Origin: Phoronis australis
Taxonomy: Eukaryota > Animalia > Phoronida
Assembly (NCBI GenBank): GCA_002633005.1
Contig: NMRA01000181.1
Span: 694,734 to 758,733 of the forward strand
Direction: 5' to 3'
Length of the DNA: 64,000 nucleotides
Positions 48,729-64,000 of this stretch are shown here, piece after piece. The notes under the pieces were generated by a model, which did not search any database, was not told the DNA's origin, and was given only the letters and a program-made list of their open reading frames with translations. Numbering within the stretch: position 1 is the stretch's first letter; each line of letters opens with the position of its first letter. The translations under genes were made by a program, and so were the position numbers.

Positions 48729-50917
48729 CGCGTATTACTAACTTGTGCATGAATTCGTCATGCATTCGGACTTTGAGCAAGTCGAGGTCATAGGTAGTTG
48801 TGAGCTCCTTCTTTTGAGGATAAACACATAATTTCGCTTTGTTACGATCGATTATGTGATCATCAATTAGAGCGTGAATAGAGTCGTATTTTTAACTTAT
48901 TGCTTGCGGAAATTTAACGACCTTGTTCTTCTCCTGAATGTTGTTTGCTTTGTTAAACAAAGACAATACAGGGATAATTATGAGTCTTGTTCATGAAATG
49001 ATGTTTTTTAGGTCTCTACGTGATTTCATGTACTGGCGCATATTGACCGACTTCAACGGACAAGTCAAACGTGACTCTTGATAAGTTGAAATTTCAAAAA
49101 GGCTGTTGAGTAGTTTTCCAGTTTACAAAAAAATTATCATACGGCGCACTAAATCCGCCTACATAAAAAAATCAAAGTTCGTGCGCGCATGCGTATCACT
49201 GAGGTTTTCCTCATTTTTTCTTAGTCAATAGTAAAAGTTGAGACAGACACATCCGGCGTTGAAGCCTTCCGTTGTTTGGTTATGTAAAATCTTATCACAG
49301 TTCTATGTATTTAGCCGTAAAAGTCTATATTTCCTGAAAGCAGAAGGCCTTTAGAATTGGATTTTTGACTTCGTACCAATCTGCTATCAAATGGGTCACG
49401 TGACCACGTCTTTGTGGTAAAAATAACCAAAAAAGAAAGGTACACCGATATCAAAACAATGGTATTAATACCGTAACCAAATTTCGTTCGATATCAATGT
49501 ACAACAAAAGATGAAATCTCAAAAACTATGTTACAGTTTTCTAAATTATCATTTCGTTTTCGTGTCATCCAGCTGTTGAGCTTTTTCTTAAAAACCATAA
49601 AACTCCTAGTTTTGATAGCCCCTCGTGCAAAAAAGGAAATTTTTAAAAACAATTTCTCACAGCATTTTTGAGAACAGTGCATAATGCATGGCATGTGAAA
49701 ATTCCACATGAATCCGATCAGCCATTGTTGAGATGTGATGTTCCGACCTTTGTCGAATTTGACCATTTTAGAGGGTGCTCAAACCTTGGACCGATGGAGT
49801 TCATTGTTTCAGGGGTAAGATTCCTCACCTCAAACTTGATACGAGTTAAGAGTATGCGACTTCGGCCTGACTTAATCGGCGCTGACGAAAAGTAAGAGAT
49901 TTCAAAAATTCTCAAATCAATTTGTACTGAATACATTTTAAAAAATATTCGAGAGTGACAATTTAAGCAACGCGGTTGACTGACAATAGCTTTGTCTTGT
50001 GACCCAGGATAAACACGGCACCTTGCATAAAAATAAACATAACCCTGTTTGTTAGCCATTCAACTGGGGCTTTGTTCGATCTTGGTTGCACTCGTACAAA
50101 TACATTTAGCTTTGTTAAGATTGTAATCAAAATCATTTGTGTTTACAAAAATGGAGGCAGTTATGTTGAGTACGCGAATGATTGCTGCTAAGCACCTTGT
50201 CCGATACAAGGTTTAGTTCAACGAAAGTGGAACCACTCATCGGTACGTTCTGCACTCTTCGATCCGAGCCAACTGAGAAGTATTTGTCACCGAACAGGTA
50301 ACTAACCAACCGTGAATACTGTCATATAAGGCCACAACGAAAATAAGAACGTTTTCCTTCTCAGGCGAAACCACACTTACGCACGCGAGCCTAGAGCTCA
50401 CAAGTCTTCCCAATTACTGGAAACCGATTTGATAAAACGTTCAAGTTTTTCTATCCAGTTACTCGAGGCATGTTAACTTTTTGTTTTTAATATTGCTTGG
50501 GGGAAATCAAAAACTAGCGGAGGCTTATATGTTAAATTCAGTATCTCTTCAAATTTAGCCATACTCAGAAACGAGCTTGAGTGCGTTGAACATACGATGT
50601 CCTGACGTAGCTACGCAAACAACTCAAGTATGTACCTTACATACAGTATCAAACCAACAATGCACGATGATTCGTTTGCTTTAGGCAAATGCTTTTGGTC
50701 AGACAAATGTCACAGCAGCTATTCAACTTGTGCTCGTGTGGATTAAAGTAAAGGTACCCAGACTATGTCTAAACCTAACAACTTAAACTTCAGTCACTAG
50801 TGCGCAGAGTCTCCCAGAAAAAATCTGTTTAATGGCCCTGTCGATTGAATTTTCATATAGGGCACTGACCCAAATGCTAAATATTGCTGATAATTACAGT
50901 TGTAAGGCGGTGAAGCA

Positions 50918-50945
50918 ATGGAGCTGGAAGGGGACAGTCGGAGAG
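50918..50945 (+). CDS. EF-hand gene 2 first coding exon
   Basis: gcaATGg, MELEGDSRR, GTAAGT donor; in-frame TAA upstream of the ATG. Confidence 0.82.
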
Positions 50946-53900
50946 GTAAGTATAGCACCTGTGGCGGATCAATGACAGACTAATAAGGGGACAGGGCGGC
51001 AAGGTGGCACTTATTTGTTTTAAATGAGGTTCTGGACTAAGGTTTTAAACGTCCTGCTTATCTACAGTAAATCTACAAAAATGATTTCATCCACACTGTT
51101 CGAATTAGCAGTTTGGTTTAAATAACATAAATTTTAAATAAAAACAAGTCCTTTGGGGTCACAGCTTCAAGTAAATATATTTTGATTTTCAAATGCAATG
51201 TCTTGGTGCCAAAGACAAGACATAGTAACTCAGTAGCCGGAAATGGGTACCTAGACATTTTAGGCAGTTTAAATTTTTTTGGTTGTTACATCTCTATGCG
51301 GCCCCACTGAGGCGTTTAAGTTTGGTATCGATCTTGAGAACCATAAGAATTTTTTAATTATGCAATTTCATGCAAGCATTCTTGAAAATTATCCTGGTGC
51401 TTATATATAGTCGCGGTATCAGACGGCATCGCAGGCAATTCATTGTTTACACCCACATTTCGATGGTCAGTCATTACAATGCAAGTACTTATAGAGGTGA
51501 GGTGGATGCATACATAATTTGCATAAATTATGCAAATTAAGGCACTCATCATGGAGAATTAAACTTATGCTAAAAGCTACGGTTTGGGCACCCCAAAGTA
51601 AATTATATCGTAATTTGCACCCATGCTTTCCGTGGAAAACAGTTACAGGTTGTTGCATGATAAACTATCTTTGTTTGTGGTGCTGCACGTCTTATGAACG
51701 TAATACTCGGTATCTCATTATCAGCTCTCCGCGACTTCTTGTCCTCGTATGACACGAACAATGACGGCATAATAGACGCAAGTGAGCTTGGGGTCTACCT
51801 TCGCCAGATGGGCATGCGCATTAGCGACAATGGAGTCGATTTTCTACGGAAATCACTAGATAACAACGGTAAGTGAAACCGTCAAGACGTTTTGGCATCC
51901 TGCCAATATCTTTGATTCTATTGTCAGCGCGGAATCAATCTGCATACGGTGAGAGTGTTAAAATGTTTCGTGTTGTATAACACGTGACAGGCGGCAATAC
52001 TCACTGAGCCTTAAAACCGTGACCTCGGATTATTATCACGCAACTTAAAATCATTGCTGTTAGGCTTTCCACTTGGGTGATAATCATTCTGTTAAAATTG
52101 AGCGGTAACAACCAAAAACATTTATTGATTTTGCGTATGAACTCAAGGGAACTCTATTCCAATCAGTTACTCTGCGCCGGATGTGGCATTTTTGAATGAC
52201 AAACGGCGCAGTTAAAGTTATCGTTTGAAATAATCCAATCGAATGTGACTATATTTACAACAATAAACAATGAATGCTGTGCAAAAACAATCAGGAAATC
52301 GGTAATCGCTAAGGAAATCGTGGAATTACACATATGCCATCGTATATCAACCTTTTCAAGAGTGGTAATCTAAGCGACACAACGGGCCGCAGCATACTCA
52401 CCGCGGAAAAGAGTCATTGGAGCAACCTTAACAACCCTTCCGAAACTACATACTACGCTAAAAACAACTACTAGAAAGTTCAACTACATGCAAATACACA
52501 GCACCATACAATATTCAACAGAACGTGAGAGTTTTTGCAGTGCGTGATGTTTTGCGGTGAATCAAGAAGTCTCCTCCCGCCGAGGCCGATTCAGGGACCC
52601 GTAGTATGGATTTGATAACCACCCGTTTTTTTTAATTAACCTACTCTCTAAGTTTGAAAAAAATTATTTTACAAGCACAAATGGTGAGACAAATACATGT
52701 CGAACACTCGAAATTCAATAATTGGATGGTTCGTGCGCGCAAATTTCTGATAACTAGGGCATGGTCGGCGCATAGGGGGCTGGGAGGGGGTGGGGGCAAT
52801 AGCGCTCACTTATTTCAGTGCTGCAACGTCCATGTAGGGCCGTCAACTCCTCCCCATCCCCCTCCCACTAAACCAATGCAACATAATTGAGATACATGAA
52901 AGTCGATGAAACACCAACCCTTTTGAAGATCACTGCTTCAAAGCCAATCGTACTAATCATTTGTATTCAACGGCAGGAGACGGAAGGTTACAGATAGACG
53001 AACTCCTTGACAACATGGAAACTATCAACTCGTTAGCTATTACAGACGAGGAACTTATACACGCCTTCAAAGTAATCGACACGAAGAAAAAAGGATTTAT
53101 CACCATTCAAGAACTCCGTAAAGTCCTGATGCACGGTAGCGAATGCATGACGCCGCAGGAAGCGTCGGCTGTCATCGAGCAATTACTGACTTATGACAAA
53201 AATAGAGACGGCAAGTTCAGTTACCAAGGCAAGGCTTTAAGCACATGATAAGAAGTTTGCAGATTTTTTGGGTTGGGTGCAGTGGCGGATCTAGGATANA
53301 AAATAGAGACGGCAAGTTCAGTTATCAAGGTAAGGCTTTAAGAAGTTTGCAGATTTTTTGGGTTGGGTGGGTGGGTTCTAGTACCAGTTTCCACTGTCGA
53401 TCGGGAACGTTCAGCAACGGTGGCTGTAAACAGGCCGTAACATGGAACTTTGCCACAGAATACCTTGGCAGGCCCATAAGAAGATAAACATTATGAGGGG
53501 GAGAGCAGCATAAAGTAATTCGATTTGCCCAAAAGTTTGACCTTCCCGCCTTCATTTCCGATTCCCTCAACCATCACCACTTCCGATCCCCCTCAGGTCG
53601 TTGCCAGTTTCGCACTCCCCATCATCGTGCAGACTTTGTTACCTGGGAGACAAATCTCGAGCAGGCATCCACAAGAAACCTGGGTACCCGTGTCTCAAAA
53701 AATTCACGAGAAAGGGTTACTTTTTTAGACTTGAGCATGTTACGCACAATAAACGTTTAAGTTATGAATTTGACCTTCAGTGGCATACAAAAGTAACATA
53801 AGAATTTCTCAAACCACAGACTGCGATATCCGGAGAAGTATCCGGAGAAATACAGGGAGAAATAGCATCAACTTGGATCAAGATTAACTTTATAAGAGTC

Positions 53901-56267
53901 CAGTTTGGGGATAGTTCACTTATTAGCTTAGACGTTCCTTTTGAAAGTGCACTCCGAAAGGATGCGGTGACCACGAACTTGGTCGGGTACACTGCTTCTG
54001 AGGACTCTTATTGAAACACGGGTACCCACGTTTCCTGTAACTGATCCCCTTCCCGGCTGGGATAAAAGAAGTAGAACTGTACGAATTCACCAACCCACGT
54101 CAGAATTCCCTGTAATGTTACTTTCTTAGAGGGTTATTTCAGAATGGAAACAAACTCTGATGAACTTTTCTATTTTGAGGCCAGGTGATAGATTTCCCCA
54201 ATTTCAACTTGCATCTAAGTTCACTAAAGCATCTAGTAATTATTTTTATGAGATTGACGAATTGCCACAAGCCGTCCGTGAATCAGTCAATTTCAATAGA
54301 TACATAAACATGTAAATCAGAAAAGAATGAACCCTTGCACTCACATGACATAAGAAGTGAACTTGATATCTTGGCCGGTAACATGGTGTGACTTTTTTCA
54401 ACTCGTAATATCCCGAAGGCATGCGTGTAGTTACTTGACGGGCAATCGAGAAAGCATGTGAGACAGGGGAGTGTGGCTTTGGGTGTCCTATGCCAAGAAA
54501 TTTTCAAAATTTGCACTGCCAACGTGAATTCTGGACATGTGGTCGCCTCACATTTTTGGTTGTTTGAGTCAGATGTCTTGATGCTGCTGTGCTTCAAATG
54601 AGCATGTTCTGTGACCAGTTTAAAATGGTATCTACAGCCCTTCGTGAATAGTAGATAGTGTCGGATGCGGCAAAGGATCAATTGCCCTGGGGCACCACTC
54701 CCCGTCTGAAAGAGGGCTCCTTAATATGAAAGGATATATCATTAAAAGATTGGAAAAGAATGATAGCTATATCCATCATCGTGTGACTCTCCAAGTGACC
54801 TTCCTAATTAATGTAAAAGGTTGTACGATTTCACAACGGGGCCTGCGAGAATAGTCTTTGGGTTTTGTTTAAAAGGTAGCTGTGCTTTGTGATCGTGTGT
54901 GGATGAAAAGCGATAGAACTGAATTTCAATAATTACTCTCCCTCCCCCTTACTAATATCCATTGTCAGCCATTCCCGTGAACAGGAAAGGATATAAATGA
55001 AAAACAGAAAAATGGTGGTTATGGATCAATGGCCCCCCTCCTCTGGCTAAATCTCCTAAATACGAATGGATTCCTACCATTTCATATACACAAAATGAAC
55101 AGCAATTAGTGCTATCATGATGAGAGCCCTTCTCTGTCAGATTCCCAATTTATTACTTATTGAATTACAACTTCAAAAATAAAGAGAGTAGCAGCAGACA
55201 ACTCCGTTATAATTTGCCAAGAAGTCAAATTTAGCGATCTGAATCAATTTCGCTATGGAAAATCTAGCTGTTTTCACGGACTTTTTCAAAGAATGTATGT
55301 GTAATTAAGAATACGTTTTCAAGTGAGTTTAGATGTTCTGTACTGCAAAAAAAAAAAAACAAAAAAAAAAACGGGGGCACAGTAACAAAAATGTGCTTTA
55401 CACATATCGCTGTCTTTCTTTTCTGACTTTAGGCCTATGGCGGTTGCCAGTTTTATCTAGAAGCCTGCATTAAAAATTATACTGGGGAGGTGGCACGTGC
55501 CTCCCAGACGTTTTACTTCCTACAGCCCTTCCCACTCATACAGATTTCGCATGTACTAGTTTCCCTTCTCACCTACAATAAAGTAGTTCCATTCTTTCTT
55601 GCTACAATTCTTTATAAACTGAACTTGTTTTTCAATAAAGCGCAATTTATTAGTTCTTCGCTGTAAACATAATTATTTTCTTACAAACAACTGACCATGA
55701 GACATTTTGGGCTTGAAGGGGTAACTAGTCCGCATAGCGGCTTAGAATATTGCGGAAGGTAGTAAATCATTGGTGTCAGTCACACACAATACTGAGGCTT
55801 TTTCAAATTGACATGTGAGGTCAATAAAAGTAGTTCTTTGTGAACGCTGCTCTTAGTTATACAATCCTCCCAGTTGGACTGTGAAAGTAAACACAGCTTC
55901 ACAAATGATTTGTGGTCCTGGCTGAGATGATTTTATGACACCCTATTAGTTTTGAATAGCCCTGCCTGGAATGACAATGACAATGACCGACTGGTTTACG
56001 AGTGGGGGACCTTTCAATAAAGCGAAGTGTGCTATACAAAATCTTCAAGCTTCCTCGCTAAGAACTAAGTTCACATCATGTGTAAATGTTTCCATTTCAG
56101 AATTTGTTGCCATGTACATGAATTCGGACTTTCCATTCAAACCGAAAAAGCAAGTAGCAGAAGAACACGACCCATTTAAACAGATAATCTTCCGCACAGA
56201 GGTACCGGCTCAAAAGAAAGAGAAGTCAAATACAAAGAGGGCGGGATCGAGCAAGAAAGGAAAATGA
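50918..56267 (+). CDS. Calmodulin-like four-EF-hand protein 2 (tandem paralogue, 196 aa)
   Basis: Exons 50918-50945, 51725-51868, 52977-53228, 56101-56267; same intron positions and phases as gene 1. Loops DTNNDGIIDASE, DNNGDGRLQIDE, DTKKKGFITIQE, DKNRDGKFSYQE. Confidence 0.9.
51725..51868 (+). CDS. EF-hand gene 2 exon (EF1, start of EF2)
   Basis: ALRDFLSSYDTNNDGIIDASELGVYLRQMGMRISDNGVDFLRKSLDNNG. Confidence 0.92.
52760..52834. mobile_element. 75-bp mini-MITE, 5-bp TSD TAGGG
   Basis: TAGGG|CATGGTCGGCGCA ... TGCAACGTCCATG|TAGGG; related pieces at 3008-3190. Confidence 0.75.
52977..53228 (+). CDS. EF-hand gene 2 exon (EF2-EF4)
   Basis: DGRLQIDELLDNME...AFKVIDTKKKGFITIQEL...YDKNRDGKFSYQ; donor is GC here and GT in the second copy at 53330. 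Confidence 0.92.
53672..54037. mobile_element. Tc1/mariner-like MITE (~27-bp TIR, CA/TA flanks)
   Basis: CAAGAAACCTGGGTACCCGTGTCTCAA versus TTGAAACACGGGTACCCACGTTTCCTG. Confidence 0.75.
56101..56267 (+). CDS. EF-hand gene 2 last exon
   Basis: EFVAMYMNSDFPFKPKKQVAEEHDPFKQIIFRTEVPAQKKEKSNTKRAGSSKKGK-TGA. Confidence 0.9.
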
Positions 56268-57846
56268 TTATTTATAGTACTGCAATAATTCAACCATACA
56301 ACGTTTGAGCAGAGTTAGAGAGAGTTGGAAATAACCAAACAAAGCTCCAGTGAGTTTAGGACTTGTAACTTAAAAAAAGAGTACAGGTGGTCTGTCTCTA
56401 TGACCTGAGCCTATTACACTTGTAACTCTTTAGGGACTTTTTTTAAACATCAACAGAGCCGATGACGACTAAACCCACAAATTATACGCAAAACATCCAC
56501 CATAGGGAAGAATCTCCTATGAAAACAATCAAGACATTGGACAGTATTTTAAAGTGCAGGGGTTATCGAAAAATAAGACATTTTAAAATGGAACTTGCTC
56601 AAAATGATTAGTTGAGAATATTAATTTTAAAATATATAGGAAAATGTAAATATTTGCCTGTCTTTGATGAAATGGTGTCTATTCAACATTCATCCAGAAA
56701 TGTTTTATATTGTATTTATTGAATCCTTCTTTTTATGAAATGAATAAATGTTCATTCAATCAAACAAAATTGAAAAGGAAAACAAAAATGTGAACAACAA
56801 ATTACCATAACAACAGAAAGTCAAGCATCACAAGTTATGAAGTGAACGTTGAAATTGATTGAATGCTCTGAAGAGAGCCATTATTCCAACACCGTCAAGT
56901 TTGGGTCTATACGCATCTATCTGAAGTGTCTAGAGCCTGTCAGATGGAAAGCGGCTTTCCCATAGGGAAGTTGCTTGTCCTGGCACAAGTTATAAATTAT
57001 GAATTATGTTTGTGGAATAAAGGAAAAGTTTAAAATACACATTCTTCGAGATTTATTGTCACCACTGCCTTTAATAAATTAGTATACAACAACTTAGTAA
57101 TTACCAATATCAAAAATATGTTAGCTCACTATTTTACACTCTGTCAAGTCTTGATACACATATTAATCAAGACACAAACATCAGAATTTCAAGACTTTGA
57201 TTATTGCTTTTATTTTTTGTTCAGTCAATGTTAATTAAGAATTGTTTTGCTCAAATGTTTTGCCTATAGACCCATGAACTTAGGCTTCACATATAGATAC
57301 AGGTGTTTATCCCTTGTATATGTGCAAGTCATAAACTAGGTACTTTTGTGTGTTCTTGCTCCATTCTTAGTAATCTTCATTTTCAAATAGTTACTATAAG
57401 CTGAATACACATAAATGCCTACCGTTATGAAACAGAGAAGACAAGTTTCATGCACATTAAACATATTTTCTTTGGTGCTGATCAAGTGTTTCGCATGCAT
57501 AGTCAAACAAATATGCCAAATTTTTGGTATGGATGTAGGTTTGCACCTCGGTACATGGGTCTAAATATGTCACACATAGGGTATACTTAAACTTATCCAG
57601 TGCTCAAAATGTAACAAAATTTAATTCTCCTTCTCCTTTGATTGTGCGCAAGTCCATGCCGTGCGGAGGTGAAATTGGCAGCCTCGCATAACAGGAAATA
57701 TAGAATTCGTGATCTTATCAAAATATCACTCAGCCTGCTCTGGAAATAAATCAAATCTCAACAGTCCACTAAATGACCCACACACCTCAAATTACGGGTG
57801 TTTCATCTGAGCTGGCAGTTACACCACCATGTACTTAAACAGACTT

Positions 57847-62504
<4,658 letters not shown>

Positions 62505-62671
62505 TTATCTGAGTCAGACTGAGTTAGTGAGTTCAGTTTGCAAATATTTTTAAGTCTGGTCAGCACGCCACCTGTTGGCCACATGGCGTGACCTAACGAA
62601 TATAATATATACTCAAGAGTTCAAGGCGAGATGCTTTTGAAGTCTGAATGGATTTCTGTTTTCGATCAGGG

Positions 62672-62745
62672 GTTGCGATGATTCAGTGGACTAGAACGTC
62701 TGCATGGTCAGCAGAAGGTCCTGGGTTCGAGTCCCGTTTGGGGCA
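62672..62745 (+). mobile_element. tRNA-derived (pseudo-tRNA/SINE-like) Pol III cassette
   Basis: A box TGATTCAGTGG, perfect anticodon arm TCTGC-ATGGTCA-GCAGA, variable loop AGGTC, B box GGTTCGAGTCC; acceptor stem poorly paired. Confidence 0.7.
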
Positions 62746-64000
62746 GAAATCTTTTCAAACTTATATTTATTAAGTCACATGATGTGCTCAACATGTGGCA
62801 TGCTGACCAGACTTAAAAATGTTTGCGATCTGCATGTCCACGGCGGTTTAAGATTTACATACTTATATGAGTTGAGCTTGGATATAGTGGCACTGAATAC
62901 CCAACCCACTGGGCTGTGTTCTGTAGATTAAATCTTTTCAGACTTATATTTATTAAGTCACGTGATGTGGTCACAAGTGGCGTGATAACCAAACCTAGAT
63001 ATGTTAGCGAAAAAGATGTCACATTGTGAAAAGTGATCGATAAGGTTTGGTTAAGGTAAAGAATCAAAATGTACACTCGACCGACTTCGTCAGTTCCGCC
63101 GTGTCAACCAGGTAAGGGACAGTTCACAATTATCGCCATTTCCACTAGCGTACAACAAACCGTACTCATTTCCCGACCTCCTCCCGAGAGCATGTTAACT
63201 GGTGATATTTTCTAAGCACACTTCGAGTCACACAAGTCTTTGTGTTTTGTGATTTTTCTGGATATTGGGGACATTTCTGCTATTGGTTGTCCATGTCTTA
63301 AAGATGTAAACAATTCTAAAACCATTGATTTTTATTATATGGCAATTTTATGACGTCAAAGGCGTACGTTAGCAGCAAGACCCTCCCTCTTGCCCTAGTT
63401 ACCATAAATGTTGTTATTGTTATTACGTTTAGTTGTCAATATTTAGCACTGCATCTGAAAATATCGATTTAATGTTTTATGGTTCTGACTTGTTCGACGA
63501 GTTAACGAATGCTTAATCCAATTTTCCAGCTGGCTCTACAACTTATTCAAGGGCAAAATAGAAGACTTGCTAAAAGACAGCGTTAACAAACTGGTAAGAA
63601 AAAGCAAAAGAAAACTTGGCTTTGCTCATTGAATATCCACGAAGACACCAGAAAGAAGTTTCCGTCGACTGCGGATGTCTAGGGGATATCACAAGGGTTT
63701 AATTATTTCATGAGTTTTTGCTGGGTACAACAATGAAGCCCGATGCGGCGCCATCTTTGAAAAACTCTGTTGTGGTTCACTTTTTGGGGTGGAACCCCTT
63801 ATTTTGTTTTTAAGAGGCGAGTTCTCGTACACATGGTAAATCCATGGTCTGATTGGAGTTCGTTGAATGCTTCAATGGAAAGTTTCACCGCTGCTAACGA
63901 ATTGCGTTACAATTTGAAATCTGTGATATCGGCTTGACCTAAATAGCGTCTCGTGGTTCTTTTCGGTATCCACAAATAAACAAATTCAAAAACAAGCCAG

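Noticed and set aside
49394-49405. Palindromic E-box GGTCACGTGACC upstream of EF-hand gene 2
   Set aside because: Single short motif next to repeat-derived sequence; no independent support
41479-56267. Calling the EF-hand genes calmodulin, centrin or troponin C
   Set aside because: Far too divergent from the near-invariant calmodulin sequence and carrying an extra C-terminal tail; no gene symbol is justified
62672-62745. Functional tRNA-Thr(GGT) gene
   Set aside because: The acceptor stem is largely mismatched or wobble, and eukaryotes normally decode Thr with an AGT(IGU) rather than GGT anticodon; treated as tRNA-derived repeat

Overview
AT-rich, intron-rich genomic DNA from a heterozygous invertebrate animal. 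It is a draft assembly with several single-N joins flanked by near-identical allelic copies and one 120-N gap. Five spliced protein-coding genes can be reconstructed by hand. (1) A complete LIS1/PAFAH1B1 gene (+, 11 coding exons, 6275-19350, 403 aa). (2) A signal-peptide + TPM/MOLO1-like ectodomain protein that unusually ends in three hydrophobic segments (+, 5 exons, 25484-30830, 348 aa). (3, 4) Two tandem calmodulin-like four-EF-hand paralogues with a shared unrecognised basic C-terminal tail (+, 41479/42922-48111 and 50918-56267). (5) The 3' four exons of mitochondrial 2,4-dienoyl-CoA reductase DECR1 (-, 62488-57847). Introns carry many MITEs with readable TIRs and 5-, 6- or 8-bp TSDs, Helentron/HINE-like repeats, a Penelope-like GIY-YIG fragment with a hammerhead-like 3' fold, and tRNA-derived elements. 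The most interesting signals are a CAG|GTAAGT dual acceptor/donor (recursive-splicing-type) exon that could toggle an acidic N-terminal extension on EF-hand gene 1, RFX X-boxes clustered on that gene, loss of EF3 Ca2+ ligands in paralogue 2, an allelic GC/GT splice donor, and a tRNA-like cassette in the loop of a long inverted repeat. All family assignments are by eye; no database search was run.
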